A DNA stretch of 64,000 nt from an uncultured Holophagales bacterium (GCA_963842525.1 CAWJGT010000020.1:1-64000), one strand, 5' to 3'. Numbered from the stretch's first letter, positions 1-10,314 are shown. Numbers and translations: made by a program. Notes: a model not told the origin generated them from the sequence alone.

Positions 1-34
1 GATCACACTGTCAGGACGCTCCTGGGTGGGGGCT

Positions 35-88
35 CCCCTCTCCCGGGTGGGTGTGAGTGCGGATGGGAGAGGGGCCGGGGGTGAGGGG
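35..88. repeat. REP-like palindromic element, family A (CCCCTCTCCC..GGGAGAGGGG..GGTGAGG), intergenic copy
   Basis: Hairpin CCCCTCTCCC(35-44)/GGGAGAGGGG(65-74) plus GGGGGTGAGGGG tail; closely matches the right arm of the intragenic element at 39457-39609 (GAGTGCGGATGGGAGAGGGG..GGGGTGAGGG). Confidence 0.85.
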
Positions 89-120
89 CCAGGACTCGCG
101 CAGGAGTTTCCAGACATCTC

Positions 121-1275
121 TCAGAACGATCGCCTGCCGAAGTTCATCGCGAGCTGGGCAAGGTCCCTGCCGTCGATCATGGCGTCGCCGTTCAAATCGG
201 CGGAGTTGTTGAAGCGGGGGTCCCCTTGGCGCGCGCCGAAGCGCAGGGCCAGGGCGAGGAGGTCGGCGCCGTCGACCCGGCCGTCGCGGTCGATGTCCCC
301 CGGGAGGAAGACGGCCCCTGCGATCTCGAACTTCGCCACCATCCGCTCGATCGTATGCGGCGGGTTGGCCGTATCGCGTGTGCGAAGGCCCACCTCGACC
401 GCTCCCACCCAGGGCTGCGGCGGGGTGTACCGGATCTCGAGCTTGCGAGGGCTGCCGGTGAGCGGCGTGTCCACGACCTGGTTGTTGATCAGCAGCTTGG
501 TGAAGGCGAGGTCGATCCCGGCGCCGAAGTCGTAGACGTCGATCTGGAGCGGGGTGGTGGCCGGCACGCGCGGGGCGCCATTGGGCGGCTGGACCTCGCC
601 GGTGACCGGATGCACGCTGTCGACGTTGGTGAGCACGTCGGCGAAGATCTGGGCCAGCAGGTCGTATCCGTCGTTCTTGGGATGGAGCTTGTCCACGCCG
701 CCGACGTAGAGCTTCGTGAAGTCGTCGGTCTGCCGGAAGAAGACCTCGAAGGGGTCGGCGAGGCGCCTCTCCGTGAACCAGGCGAGCTCGCGGATGGCGC
801 CGGCCAGTTCCTCGGTCACCTGGTTCTTGCCGTCGAAGTTCGCGCTCGGGAGGCGGGGGACCAAGGTGGCATGGACCACCGACAGGCCGCGCGCCTCGGC
901 CCGGTCGGCAATGGTGTCGAGGTTGAACACGATGGTCTCGTTGGAGACCCTGTCGTTGACGTCGTTGGTCCCCTCCATGAGCAGGAGCACGTCGCCCGCG
1001 CTCACGCCGGCGCTATTGAGGACGGAATTGATCCGCGACACCCCCTGAGTGGTGGTCTCACCGCTGACGCCGGCATTCACCACGTCGGCCGACTGGCCGC
1101 GCGAGGTCAGGAGCGTCTCCAGTTGAGGCGGGTATCCCGATTGGGCCCGCGAGTCGCCGACCCCGAAGGTGATGCTGTCGCCGAACGCGATGTATTTCCT
1201 GGGCGTGGTCTGCGCCGCGGTCATTGCCGGCAGCAGGAGCGCGAGGGTGGCCAGCGCGAGAGGACGGCGGCTCAC
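121..1275 (-). CDS. Secreted SGNH/GDSL hydrolase with Ig-like middle and C-terminal dockerin-like (double EF-hand) domain
   Basis: Signal peptide; FGDSIT, NAGVSGETT, EGTND and DKLHP blocks; C-terminal GDIDRDGRVDGADL...ADLNGDAMIDGRDL; GTG start at 1275 overlaps the upstream TGA (GTGA). Confidence 0.85.
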   Translation of the reverse strand: MSRRPLALATLALLLPAMTAAQTTPRKYIAFGDSITFGVGDSRAQSGYPPQLETLLTSRGQSADVVNAGVSGETTTQGVSRINSVLNSAGVSAGDVLLLMEGTNDVNDRVSNETIVFNLDTIADRAEARGLSVVHATLVPRLPSANFDGKNQVTEELAGAIRELAWFTERRLADPFEVFFRQTDDFTKLYVGGVDKLHPKNDGYDLLAQIFADVLTNVDSVHPVTGEVQPPNGAPRVPATTPLQIDVYDFGAGIDLAFTKLLINNQVVDTPLTGSPRKLEIRYTPPQPWVGAVEVGLRTRDTANPPHTIERMVAKFEIAGAVFLPGDIDRDGRVDGADLLALALRFGARQGDPRFNNSADLNGDAMIDGRDLAQLAMNFGRRSF

Positions 1276-2294
1276 GGCTTGCGCTCCATTCGGGAGACCT
1301 TTTGCCAGTCCACGGTGCGCTCGATCCTGGCTGCCGGCCAACGGAACGAGGCGGCGCCGGATTCTGCCGAGATGACGGGACGGGAGCGCTCGGCAACTGC
1401 GATCGCCGCGGCGCGTCCGGGACGGCCGGCGGTATCGAGCTCGACGGCGATCCAGCCGCTGGGCACGGCGGTGCGGAAGAGCAGCAGGGGCTCGCCCTTA
1501 TCGCGAGCCTCGAAGCTCGGGAAGTCTGAGCCGGCAGGGCCGGCGGGCTCGGGCCGGCTCCACGTACCGCCCTGGAAGCGGGAGACCACGACGCGGTATT
1601 CGCCCGCCTGGAAGCGGCTCCAGGCGAGGAGCGCACCGCGGCCGGCAGTGGTCAGAGCGGGCGTGATGTCCGGCACCTCGTTGCCCGCGGCCACCACTCG
1701 CTGGGGCTTGCTCCAGGCCCCATCCCGGCCGCGGCTCCAGACGATCTCGTCGTCCTGGCCGTCGAAGGCGCTCCAGGCGAGGAGCCAGGAGCCATCGGAG
1801 AGCCGTGCGGCAGTCAAGGCGAGCTGGCTCCCCGGACCAGGCGCGGCGATCGGCCGCGGCTCATCCCATCCGGCGCCGTTCCAGGCGGCGAAGCGCACGC
1901 CGAACGACCGCCGGCTGTTGCCCTCGAGCCAGACCAGGCCGGCCAGTCGACCGTCCTCGATCAGGGGCAGCGGCTCCTGGCGCAGCGCGGCGGCGCGCCC
2001 CGCAGGGACCGGTATTTCCAGGACTGTGCGCCCTTCGCCGCGGAAGAGCACGAGGTCGCGCTGGCCATCCGTCTCCGGCAAGGGACGGGTGCCCGCCGCA
2101 ATCCAGCCGCTCTCCAGGGACGCCGTCGCCTCCAGCGCGGCTCCGGCCGGAAGCTTCAGGGAGATCCGCTCTCCGGATGCAAGCTCGATCCGCGCCTCGC
2201 CGCTCGGGGAGAGGAGCACGGGCGCGCGCTCGGCCTGGAGGACGACCGGGGACACGGATAGACAGAAGGCGAGGACGACCGGGAGTAGGCGCAT
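1272..2294 (-). CDS. Secreted hypothetical protein (repeated W-rich beta blades, possible beta-propeller)
   Basis: 340-aa ORF with signal peptide; repeated LLAWS...W motifs; translationally coupled to the downstream gene. Confidence 0.7.
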   Translation of the reverse strand: MRLLPVVLAFCLSVSPVVLQAERAPVLLSPSGEARIELASGERISLKLPAGAALEATASLESGWIAAGTRPLPETDGQRDLVLFRGEGRTVLEIPVPAGRAAALRQEPLPLIEDGRLAGLVWLEGNSRRSFGVRFAAWNGAGWDEPRPIAAPGPGSQLALTAARLSDGSWLLAWSAFDGQDDEIVWSRGRDGAWSKPQRVVAAGNEVPDITPALTTAGRGALLAWSRFQAGEYRVVVSRFQGGTWSRPEPAGPAGSDFPSFEARDKGEPLLLFRTAVPSGWIAVELDTAGRPGRAAAIAVAERSRPVISAESGAASFRWPAARIERTVDWQKVSRMERKP

Positions 2295-2304
2295 ACAGCA
2301 GGAA

Positions 2305-2366
2305 ATCGTAAAGGCGGGGCGGTAGGAGAGTCAAACGGGAGTCAAACCCCACCCCTGCGATATCAT
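2305..2366. promoter_or_regulatory. Divergent promoter region with GAGTCAAAC direct repeat
   Basis: Minus strand: TTGACT (2334-2329), 18 nt, TACGAT (2310-2305). Plus strand: TATCAT (2361-2366), 8 nt before the cinA ATG. GAGTCAAAC at 2328 and 2339. Confidence 0.4.
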
Positions 2367-2374
2367 CCCGCCCC

Positions 2375-3631
2375 ATGAAGGCGGCCATCCTTGCGGTCGG
2401 CTCCGAGCTGTTGGGGACCGACCGGCTGGACACCAACTCTTTGCGGCTGACCCGGACCCTGGATCGCTATGGCGCCGAGCTGCGCTACAAAGGTGTGGTC
2501 GGCGATTCCGAGGACGAGCTCGCTGGCGAGATCCGCCGCCTCCTGGCGCGGTTCGACGTCGTCCTGGTCACCGGCGGGCTCGGGCCGACCGCGGATGACG
2601 TGACGCGCGAGGCCGCGGCGGCGGCGCTTGGCAGGGGGCTGCGCTTCGACGGGGAGGTGCTCGCCACGATTGAGCGCCGCTTCCGCGAGCACAACCTGCG
2701 CATGCCCGAGGTCAACCGCCGGCAGGCTCTGATTGTCGAGGACGCCGAGGTGCTTCCCAACCGCTGGGGCACCGCGCCCGGGCAGCGGATCTCGGGCGAG
2801 GGCTCGACCCTCTGGTTGTTCCCGGGTGTCCCTTCCGAGCTGGAGGGGATGATCGAGACCTATCTCGTGCCCTGGCTCGCGGAGCGCTCCGGCGGGTCCG
2901 CGCGCGAGACCGTCACGCTCAAGGTCGCCTGCCTGCCCGAATCGGCGGTCGAGGAACGGATCTTCCCGGCCTACGCCGAGCTCGGGCGGGAGAACATCAC
3001 GGTCCTCGCCAGCCCGAGCGACATCCGGGTGCGCGCCACCGCGGAGGGGCCGGAGACCGAGCGGCGCCAGCGGCTCGCAGAGATGTCGGCGCGGCTTTCC
3101 GGCCTGATCGGCGATGCGGTCTACGCAGTCCGCGAGGAGGACACGCTCGAGGCGGTCGTGGGCGAGCTGCTTCGGAAGGCCGGCGCCACCCTGGCCACGG
3201 CCGAGTCGTGCACCGGCGGGCTGGTCAGCGAGCGGGTGACCCGGGTGGCCGGGAGCAGCGACTATTTCCTGGGGGCCGCCGTCACCTATTCGAACGAGCT
3301 CAAGACACGCCTCGTCGGGGTCCCTCCCGAGCTGCTGGCCGAGCACGGCGCGGTCTCCGAGCCGGTGGCGCGCGCCATGGCCGAGGGGGTGTGCAAAGCG
3401 CTCGGCAGCGACTATGGCATCGGCATCACCGGCGTTGCCGGACCCGGCGGCGGCAGCGAGGAGAAGCCGGTGGGCACCGTCCATATCGCGCTCGCCGGCC
3501 CAGGCGGGGAGGGGACCGGGCACCGCAAGGTGCGCTTCCCGGGCGACCGCGAGCGGGTGCGCCTGCACGCCAGCCAGCTCGCTCTCGAGATGCTGCGCCG
3601 GCGCCTGCTGGGGATCCCGGTCCGGTCATGA
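2375..3631 (+). CDS. cinA: Competence/damage-inducible protein A (MoCF-binding + PncC NMN deamidase)
   Basis: MKAAILAVGSELL..DTN, VTGGLGPTADD, AESCTGG, GITGVAGPGGG..KPVGTV motifs. Confidence 0.95.
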   Translation: MKAAILAVGSELLGTDRLDTNSLRLTRTLDRYGAELRYKGVVGDSEDELAGEIRRLLARFDVVLVTGGLGPTADDVTREAAAAALGRGLRFDGEVLATIERRFREHNLRMPEVNRRQALIVEDAEVLPNRWGTAPGQRISGEGSTLWLFPGVPSELEGMIETYLVPWLAERSGGSARETVTLKVACLPESAVEERIFPAYAELGRENITVLASPSDIRVRATAEGPETERRQRLAEMSARLSGLIGDAVYAVREEDTLEAVVGELLRKAGATLATAESCTGGLVSERVTRVAGSSDYFLGAAVTYSNELKTRLVGVPPELLAEHGAVSEPVARAMAEGVCKALGSDYGIGITGVAGPGGGSEEKPVGTVHIALAGPGGEGTGHRKVRFPGDRERVRLHASQLALEMLRRRLLGIPVRS

Positions 3632-4197
3632 GGCTCTTTGTCGCCCTGGAGATTCCGGAGGCGGTCCGCCGCGAGGTGGGGCGGCGGGTGGCGGGGCTGC
3701 GCGACCGGCTGCCGCGCGCCCGCTGGGTCGATGCCGAGATCCTCCATCTCACCCTGCTGTTCCTGGGGCAGGTCGAGGATGCGAAGGTGCCGGCCCTCGC
3801 CGCCCGGCTGCGCGAAGCCTTTGCGCAGCACCCGCCGCTCGACCTGCGCCTCGAAGGAGCCGGCACCTTTCCGCCGCGGCGCCCGGCCCGGGTGGCCTGG
3901 CTCGGGATGGAGGGCCCGGAGGACCTGGAGGCCCTGCAGAAGGACGCCACCGAGGCCGCGGTCGAGGCCATCGGCTTCGAGCCGGAGGACCGTCCGTACC
4001 ATCCCCATGTTACCCTCGCCCGCTGCGAGCCCAACTGGCCGCGCGATGCGGCGGAGAAGCTCGTGGCCGCCTTCCCCGGCACGATCGGCCAGCCCTGGAC
4101 GGCCGAGCGCGGCGTCCTCATGGAGAGCAAGCTGAGCCCGCGGGGCGCGCGCTACAGCGTGGTCGAAGGTTTTCCGCTGGAGGGGGAGGCGGCATGA
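3628..4197 (+). CDS. thpR: RNA 2',3'-cyclic phosphodiesterase (2H family)
   Basis: MRLFVAL start (ATGA overlap with cinA); HLTLLFLG and PHVTLAR 2H motifs. Confidence 0.92.
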   Translation: MRLFVALEIPEAVRREVGRRVAGLRDRLPRARWVDAEILHLTLLFLGQVEDAKVPALAARLREAFAQHPPLDLRLEGAGTFPPRRPARVAWLGMEGPEDLEALQKDATEAAVEAIGFEPEDRPYHPHVTLARCEPNWPRDAAEKLVAAFPGTIGQPWTAERGVLMESKLSPRGARYSVVEGFPLEGEAA

Positions 4198-4823
4198 CCT
4201 CCGGCCTCTCCGTGGCCCTTGTGCTCGGGGCCTACCTCCTGGGCTCGATCTCCTTCAGCTATCTGATCGTCAAGGCGAAGGAGGGCATGGACGTGCGCAC
4301 CGTGGGGAGCGGCAATGCCGGAGCCACCAATGTGATGCGCGCCGCCGGCAAGAAGGCCGCGGCCCTCGCCCTGCTGCTCGACATCGCCAAGGGGATCACG
4401 GCCGTGGTCGTCGCCCGGGCCGTGGGCGCCACGCCTCCGGTCGTGGGCGGCGCCGCGGTGGCCGTGGTGCTCGGGCACGTGTTCCCCGTCTTCTTCGGCT
4501 TCCGCGGCGGCAAGGGGGTGGCGACCTCGGCCGGCGCCCTGGGAGCGCTCGCGCCCGCGGCCATGTTCGTGGCCCTGATCGTCTTCGTCCTGGTCGTCTA
4601 CTGGAAGCGCTACGTCTCGCTCGCCTCCATGGCAGCCGCCGCGTCGGTCCCGGTCCTGGCCTGGGCCGGCCAACGGCTGGGCTGGGTCGAGGGTCCGGAC
4701 CCCTGGCTGATCGCCGCGTCGGCCGGGATCGCCCTTCTCGTCGTGGTCAAGCACCGTTCCAATCTGGACCGCCTGCGGCAGGGGAGCGAGCCCCGGCTGG
4801 GCGAGCGCAAGGTGGAGGCGTGA
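4194..4823 (+). CDS. plsY: Glycerol-3-phosphate 1-O-acyltransferase
   Basis: YLLGSI, GSGNAGATNV, GHVFPVFFGFRGGKGVAT, KHRSNL motifs; ATGA overlap. Confidence 0.95.
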   Translation: MTSGLSVALVLGAYLLGSISFSYLIVKAKEGMDVRTVGSGNAGATNVMRAAGKKAAALALLLDIAKGITAVVVARAVGATPPVVGGAAVAVVLGHVFPVFFGFRGGKGVATSAGALGALAPAAMFVALIVFVLVVYWKRYVSLASMAAAASVPVLAWAGQRLGWVEGPDPWLIAASAGIALLVVVKHRSNLDRLRQGSEPRLGERKVEA

Positions 4824-4824
4824 C

Positions 4825-5853
4825 ATGAACGGTCTTCCGAAGGACGTCGGAGTCCTGGGCGCCGGGTCCTTCGGCACGGCCCTCGCCGTCCATTTTGCAG
4901 GAGCGGGCAACCACCGCGTCCTGCTCTGGGCGCGCAATCCGGAGCTGGTGGAACGGATGGCGGCCGAGCGGGCCAACCCCGACTATCTCGAAGGGGTGAC
5001 GTTCCCGCCGAACGTGGAGCCGACCGCCGACCTGGAGTCGGTCGCCGGCTGCGAGCTCGTCCTGGTGGCCGCGCCGTCGCACGGGTTCCGCGACGTGCTG
5101 CGCGGCCTGTTGCGCGTCCACTCCGGAGGCGGGCCGGTGCGGATCGTCTCCGCGGCCAAGGGGATCGAGACCGAGACCCTGGCGCGGATGAGCCAGGTGG
5201 CCTTCGAGGAGGCGGTGGCGGCCGACCGCGAGCTGCGCTTCGCCTGCCTCTCGGGACCCACCTTCGCGGCCGAGCTGGCGCGCAACATGCCGACGGCCGC
5301 GGTGATCGCCTCCGACGATCCTGCCTACGCGACCGAGATCCGTGAATCGTTGTCGACCCCCGTCTTCCGCCTGTATTCCTCGTCCGATGTCGTCGGGGTG
5401 GAGCTGGGTGGCGCGGTCAAGAACGTGATCGCCATCGCCGCCGGTACCGTGAGCGGCCTCGGCCTCGGCGCCAACACCTCGGCGGCGCTGATCACCCGCG
5501 GCCTCCACGAGATCACCCGTCTGGGCATTGCCTATGGCGGCCAGCCGCGCACCTTCGCCGGCCTGGCCGGGCTGGGCGACCTCGTGCTGACCTGCACCGG
5601 CAGCCTGTCGCGCAACCGGCGCACCGGCCTCGACCTGGCCGCGGGCAAGACCCTGGCCGAGATCACAGGCGGCACCCATTTCGTCTCCGAGGGGATCCGC
5701 AACTCGGTCTCCGTGGCCCGGGTGGCGGCGGCCCGCGGCGTCGAGATGCCCATCACCGAGCAGATGGTCCAGGTCATGTATCACGGCAAGGACCCGCGCA
5801 AGGCCGTCGAGGAGCTGATGACCCGCGGCCTCAAATCCGAGACCGAGCTGTAG
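4825..5853 (+). CDS. gpsA: NAD(P)H-dependent glycerol-3-phosphate dehydrogenase
   Basis: GAGSFGTALA, KGIE, LSGPTFA, GAVKNVIAIAAG, GLGDLVLTC..SRN motifs. Confidence 0.96.
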   Translation: MNGLPKDVGVLGAGSFGTALAVHFAGAGNHRVLLWARNPELVERMAAERANPDYLEGVTFPPNVEPTADLESVAGCELVLVAAPSHGFRDVLRGLLRVHSGGGPVRIVSAAKGIETETLARMSQVAFEEAVAADRELRFACLSGPTFAAELARNMPTAAVIASDDPAYATEIRESLSTPVFRLYSSSDVVGVELGGAVKNVIAIAAGTVSGLGLGANTSAALITRGLHEITRLGIAYGGQPRTFAGLAGLGDLVLTCTGSLSRNRRTGLDLAAGKTLAEITGGTHFVSEGIRNSVSVARVAAARGVEMPITEQMVQVMYHGKDPRKAVEELMTRGLKSETEL

Positions 5854-5868
5854 GAGACCCTTCGCCCC

Positions 5869-7443
5869 ATGCCCGAGACCACAGACTTTTCCGCGACCCT
5901 CGAAGCGGACCACCAGACCGTCCTGATCCTCGATTTCGGCAGCCAGTTCACCCAGCTCATCGCCCGGCGGGTGCGCGAAAACCGTGTCTACTGCGAGGTG
6001 CATCCCTTCAGCCTGTCAGTCGAGGAGATCCGGCGGCGGCGGCCGGTCGGCCTGATCCTGTCGGGGGGGCCGCAGAGCGTCTACGAACAGGACGCCCCGA
6101 ACGCCGATCCCGAGATGTTCCGCCTCGGCATACCGGTCCTCGGGATCTGCTACGGCATGCAGGTCATGGCGCACCGGCTGGGCGGTGGGGTCGAGGGCTC
6201 GGACCGGCGGGAGTACGGTAGGGCCGAGATCGCGATCACCGATCCGGGCCGGCTCTTCCAGGGGTTGTCGGCTTGCGAGACCGTGTGGATGAGCCACGGC
6301 GACCGGGTGGGCGAATTGCCGCCGGGGTTCCGGCCGACCGCGAGCACCGGCAACGCCCCGGTGGTGGCCTTCGAAGACGCGGAGCGGGGCCTGTACGGCA
6401 TCCAGTTCCACCCCGAGGTGTCGCACACCGTCTCGGGCGGCGAGATTCTGCGCAATTTTCTCTTTGGCATCTGCGGCGCCCGCGGCGACTGGCGGATGGC
6501 CTCGTATCTCGAAGAGGCGGTCCGGGTCGTGCGCGAGCGGGTGGGGGAGGACCGGGTGATCTGCGCCCTCTCGGGAGGCGTCGACTCCTCTGTGGTCGCC
6601 GCCCTCCTGCAGCGCGCCGTGGGGGAGCGGTCGACCGCCATCTTCGTGGACAACGGCGTGTTGCGGAAGGACGAGGCCCTGCAGGTGATGCGCAGCCTGC
6701 GCGACGGCCTGGGCATCCCGGTCCTGGCGGTGGACGCGAGCAAGCGGTTCCTCGGCGAGCTCGCCGGGATCGAGGACCCGGAACAGAAGCGCAAGACCAT
6801 CGGCCGAGTCTTCATCGACGTCTTCAAGGACGAGGCGCAGCGGCTGGAGGGGGCGCGCTTCCTCGCCCAGGGGACCCTTTATCCGGATGTGATCGAGTCG
6901 GTCTCGGTCAAGGGGCCGTCGGCGGTGATCAAGACCCATCACAACGTCGGCGGTCTGCCGGCGGAGCTGGGCTTCGAGCTGATCGAGCCGCTGCGTTTCC
7001 TCTTCAAGGACGAGGTGCGGCAGCTCGGCCGCGAGCTGGGGCTCCCCGAGCAGATCCTTGGCCGGCATCCATTCCCCGGCCCCGGCCTCGCGGTGCGCAT
7101 CCTCGGCGAGGTCACGGCCGAAAGGGTGGCCCTGCTCCAGGAGGCGGACGCCCTCTTCCTCAACGAGCTGCGCGAGAGCGGCTGGTACGACAAGGTGAGC
7201 CAGGCCTTCGCCGTGCTCCTGCCGGTCAAGAGCGTCGGCGTGATGGGCGACTACCGCACCTACGAGAGCGTGATCGCCCTCCGTGCCGTCGAGACCCCGG
7301 ACTTCATGACCGCCGACTGGAGCCCGCTCCCCTACGACCTCCTGGGCCGCGTGGCCAACCGCATCGTCAACGAGGTCAAGGGGGTCAACCGAGTCGTCTA
7401 CGACGTGACCAGCAAACCCCCGGCGACGATCGAGTGGGAGTGA
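5869..7443 (+). CDS. guaA: GMP synthase (glutamine-hydrolysing)
   Basis: [42 protein letters not shown]-terminal KPPATIEWE. Confidence 0.98.
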   Translation: MPETTDFSATLEADHQTVLILDFGSQFTQLIARRVRENRVYCEVHPFSLSVEEIRRRRPVGLILSGGPQSVYEQDAPNADPEMFRLGIPVLGICYGMQVMAHRLGGGVEGSDRREYGRAEIAITDPGRLFQGLSACETVWMSHGDRVGELPPGFRPTASTGNAPVVAFEDAERGLYGIQFHPEVSHTVSGGEILRNFLFGICGARGDWRMASYLEEAVRVVRERVGEDRVICALSGGVDSSVVAALLQRAVGERSTAIFVDNGVLRKDEALQVMRSLRDGLGIPVLAVDASKRFLGELAGIEDPEQKRKTIGRVFIDVFKDEAQRLEGARFLAQGTLYPDVIESVSVKGPSAVIKTHHNVGGLPAELGFELIEPLRFLFKDEVRQLGRELGLPEQILGRHPFPGPGLAVRILGEVTAERVALLQEADALFLNELRESGWYDKVSQAFAVLLPVKSVGVMGDYRTYESVIALRAVETPDFMTADWSPLPYDLLGRVANRIVNEVKGVNRVVYDVTSKPPATIEWE

Positions 7444-7476
7444 CCACGGCGGGCGGCCGGCAGTAGAATCAGGACC

Positions 7477-7794
7477 ATGGCCATTCTACCGATTGCTCTT
7501 CCGCAGCGTCTCCTCGAAGATTTCTGCCGTCGTTGGAAGGTTCGCGAGCTCGCCTTGTTCGGCTCCGTCCTGCGAGACGACTTCCGTCCCGGGAGCGATA
7601 TCGACGTGCTGGTCGCCTTTGCCCCCGAGGCGCGTTGGAGTCTTTTCGATATGGTCGAGATGCAAGAGGCGCTCGAAAGGATTGTGGGGCGCAAGATCGA
7701 TCTGGTCGAGCGCGAGGCGGTGGAGCGCAGTGAGAACTACATCCGCCGCAACCGTATCCTCGGCAGTCTCCTGCCCATCTATGTGGCGGGATGA
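7477..7794 (+). CDS. Minimal nucleotidyltransferase (MNT) antitoxin, MntA-like
   Basis: [20 protein letters not shown] (GS-x10-DxD) and GRKIDLV; -10-like TAGAAT at 7464-7469. Confidence 0.88.
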   Translation: MAILPIALPQRLLEDFCRRWKVRELALFGSVLRDDFRPGSDIDVLVAFAPEARWSLFDMVEMQEALERIVGRKIDLVEREAVERSENYIRRNRILGSLLPIYVAG

Positions 7795-8119
7795 CGCCTA
7801 TCTCCTGGATATCGTGATCGCGGCCCGTAAGCTGCTGCGGTACACGGAGAGCTTGTCCTGGGACGAATTCCGGGATACGCCGCTCATTCAGGATGCCGTC
7901 GTCCGCAATCTGCAGGTGATCGGGGAGGCGGCCAACAGAATTTCCGAGGCCTTTCGAGCCGCCCATGCCGAAATCCCCTGGAGGCAGGTGGTCGGCATGC
8001 GCAATCGGCTAGTGCACGAATACTCCCGGGTTGACATGGAGAAAGTCTGGGAGACAGTACGGGACGACATCCCGGATCTGCTCCGACAGATCGAGCCGCT
8101 GGTCCCGCCCGAGGGGTAG
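7781..8119 (+). CDS. HEPN (DUF86) ribonuclease toxin, HepT-like
   Basis: ATG at 7781 overlaps the MNT gene; [14 protein letters not shown] and MRNRLVHEY (Rx4HxY) motifs. Confidence 0.88.
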   Translation: MWRDDAYLLDIVIAARKLLRYTESLSWDEFRDTPLIQDAVVRNLQVIGEAANRISEAFRAAHAEIPWRQVVGMRNRLVHEYSRVDMEKVWETVRDDIPDLLRQIEPLVPPEG

Positions 8120-8146
8120 AGTTGAGCCAGAGGATGGCGGTACCTC

Positions 8147-8413
8147 ATGCTCTTCCGCCGCCCCGTCCCCCCCGCCCGGTATGAGCTGGTGACCCGCGCC
8201 GGCTGCCATCTCTGCGACGAGATGGCGGACCTGCTCGACGCGGTCCTGCCCACCCATGGGCTCGGCTATGCGCTCCGTGATGTGGATGCCGAGCCGGACC
8301 TCCGAGAGCGGTACACGGATGTCGTACCCGTCCTGCTGCGGAACGGCAAGCCGGTCGCCAAGATCCGGCTCGACCGCCGCTCCCTCGAACGCATCGTGCG
8401 CGGCTGGCGCTAG
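8147..8413 (+). CDS. Glutaredoxin-like protein (DUF836 family)
   Basis: TRAGCHLCDE CxxC motif; DVD...L.ERY...VPVL. Confidence 0.8.
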   Translation: MLFRRPVPPARYELVTRAGCHLCDEMADLLDAVLPTHGLGYALRDVDAEPDLRERYTDVVPVLLRNGKPVAKIRLDRRSLERIVRGWR

Positions 8414-8438
8414 ATCAGCCGGGCTCCGCCGCGAGGCC

Positions 8439-8467
8439 GAGCCGCCGCCGGATCTCGGCGGCGGCCT
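8439..8467. terminator. GC hairpin between convergent genes (possible terminator)
   Basis: GCCGCCGCCG-GATCT-CGGCGGCGGC stem; no clear U-tract. Confidence 0.3.
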
Positions 8468-8553
8468 CCTCGGGAGGCCCCGTCATCGACGACTTCTGAG
8501 CCAGCTCCGTCCCTCTCTGTGGCGGCGACCACGAATTCCTTCTGGCCGGCTTT

Positions 8554-10279
8554 TCAAGGCCTCCCCAGCGAAAATCCTAGGGCGGTGCTCACCGAGCTGG
8601 GAGTGAGCTGCTGGAGCACTGTCGAGATCCCGAGTCCCCAGAGGAAGGCCAGGAGTAGGTCCTGCAAGGTGCCGAAGCCCGGATCGGGGAGGATCAGAAC
8701 GGCAATTCCCGAGAGCACGGTGATCAGCCCCCAGGCTAGCCAGGCCGCGGGGCTCAGGCGCTGGATCCGAACCTGGATCTCCTCGGAGGTCAGTTGGGGT
8801 GGGTTTTGCGCCTGCATCAGGGCACGCCGCGCCGGGGGCTGGAGGTTGGCGAGAATACTTTGGACCTCCGTCCAGGCCTCGGTTGGATTTGGCAGGGGAG
8901 AGCGGAGGGCGATCTTGTTCAAGTCCGCCAGGGCTTTGTGGATCTGGGCGTCTCCCGCCGTCCCCTTTTGCTTCATCACCTCGACCGCGCCGTCCTCAAC
9001 GAGGACCCTGTAGGTCTGGAATGCGCCATCCAGGCCCTGTAGGAAGGTCTGGTAACCTACAGTATCAATCATAGGGGAGCCGACCGGGGAGGGCCACTTC
9101 GGCGGAATGTAACTCCTGGCGTCCAGCGTCTTGTCCGAGAGAGAGAAGCTCCATTTCCTCGACTTTTGTCCTGACCGAGGGCAAGTCCAGGGCAGGCTGG
9201 CTCTGAGGGGATGGGAACAGCTCCTTGATCCTTGTCTTCAAGGCAGCGACCTTTCCCCGCAGGAACGCCGCAGGGATGAGCGCCTGGAGTCGATCCAGTC
9301 GGCTGCGGGAGAGGACCCGCAGCAACCACCCGAGCGCGACCCCCGCCGCGATCAGTCCGATCCCGAGCCAACGGACGCCACGGCTCGTCTTATAGATGTT
9401 GAGGTCGATCGTTTGAAGATCGGGTTTCTGCTGTGTCCCCAGGCTGAGCTTGCCACTGAACTCACCATGTCCCTCGAAGGTATCCTTGAGGCAGATCCGC
9501 AGAGGAGTGTAACGGCGCGGAGGCAGGTGGATCGGTCCGTTGCAGCCGGTCTCCCAGCATAGGCGGAGGTGGTCGAGACCGAGCCGTCGCTTCGAGCTCC
9601 CTTCCACCAGAGTCGACTTCAGCAGCCCGATTCCAGCCGCGGGGATGTCTCCTGAATAGACGTGGATCGGAGTGCACCACTGCTGCTCCTTCCCGGGCTC
9701 TTGGTCGATCAACCAACTCTCAGCCGACGGGATGATCGTCAGGGAAAGGTCTTTGGGTGAAAGATTGGTCACCCAGTAGGTGTGCTCCTTCCCCGAGATA
9801 GACAACCTACGCCGGAGGAGCAAGTTGGCCGGCAGGGGATTCGCTCCCTGCGACGATGCCACAGTCACCGGGATGTACCACAGCGTCGCGTCCTCGTGCT
9901 GGTGCCTCTCGGGTGGCATAAATGTCAATGTCACTGACAGGGGACCCGCGCTATCGATCGGCTTGACATCAGGAGCGGCCTCGGTTCCCTTGATTCGCAC
10001 CGCCAACTCGTCTATTCCCTGGGCCCCCGCGGGGATCTGGACAATCGGGTCCTCGAGAGTGCTCTCGAAAGGTTTGGGAGGAGCCTGGGCGGCGGCCTGA
10101 GGCGGCGGCGGCACGAGCACGGCGAGCACCAAGGCGTTGAGCACAATGAGGACCAGGGTGAAGAAGAGATTCAATCGGGATGACCTCGGCGGCACGAGCA
10201 CACCTCCTTTCTCTCCCGTGAGACGGACGCGTGACGGGGTTTCCTGGAACGCATCGTCCGCGGCCGGCGGTGATACCAT
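8554..10279 (-). CDS. Multi-pass membrane hypothetical protein, frameshifted at a (GA)5 tract (ORFs 9065-10294 and 8554-9072 appear to be one gene)
   Basis: N-terminal TM, extracytoplasmic domain, TM, then two C-terminal TMs; the downstream frame is open upstream of its ATG (LSDKTLDARSYIPPKWPLPVGSP-MID) back to the repeat at 9137-9146. Confidence 0.6.
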
Positions 10280-10314
10280 AGAGCAGCCTTTCAAACATCT
10301 TCTGGAGGAGTCTC

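Noticed and set aside
226-2325. Long shadow ORFs (e.g. 226-2325 +, 2363-3568 -, 27146-29413 -, 47684-50065 -, 50136-53018 -)
   Set aside because: They are antisense or off-frame to recognisable genes and expected from stop-codon scarcity at ~70% GC.
7428-7443. guaA attachment site of an integrated element
   Set aside because: I found no direct repeat of the guaA 3' end and no integrase in the window.
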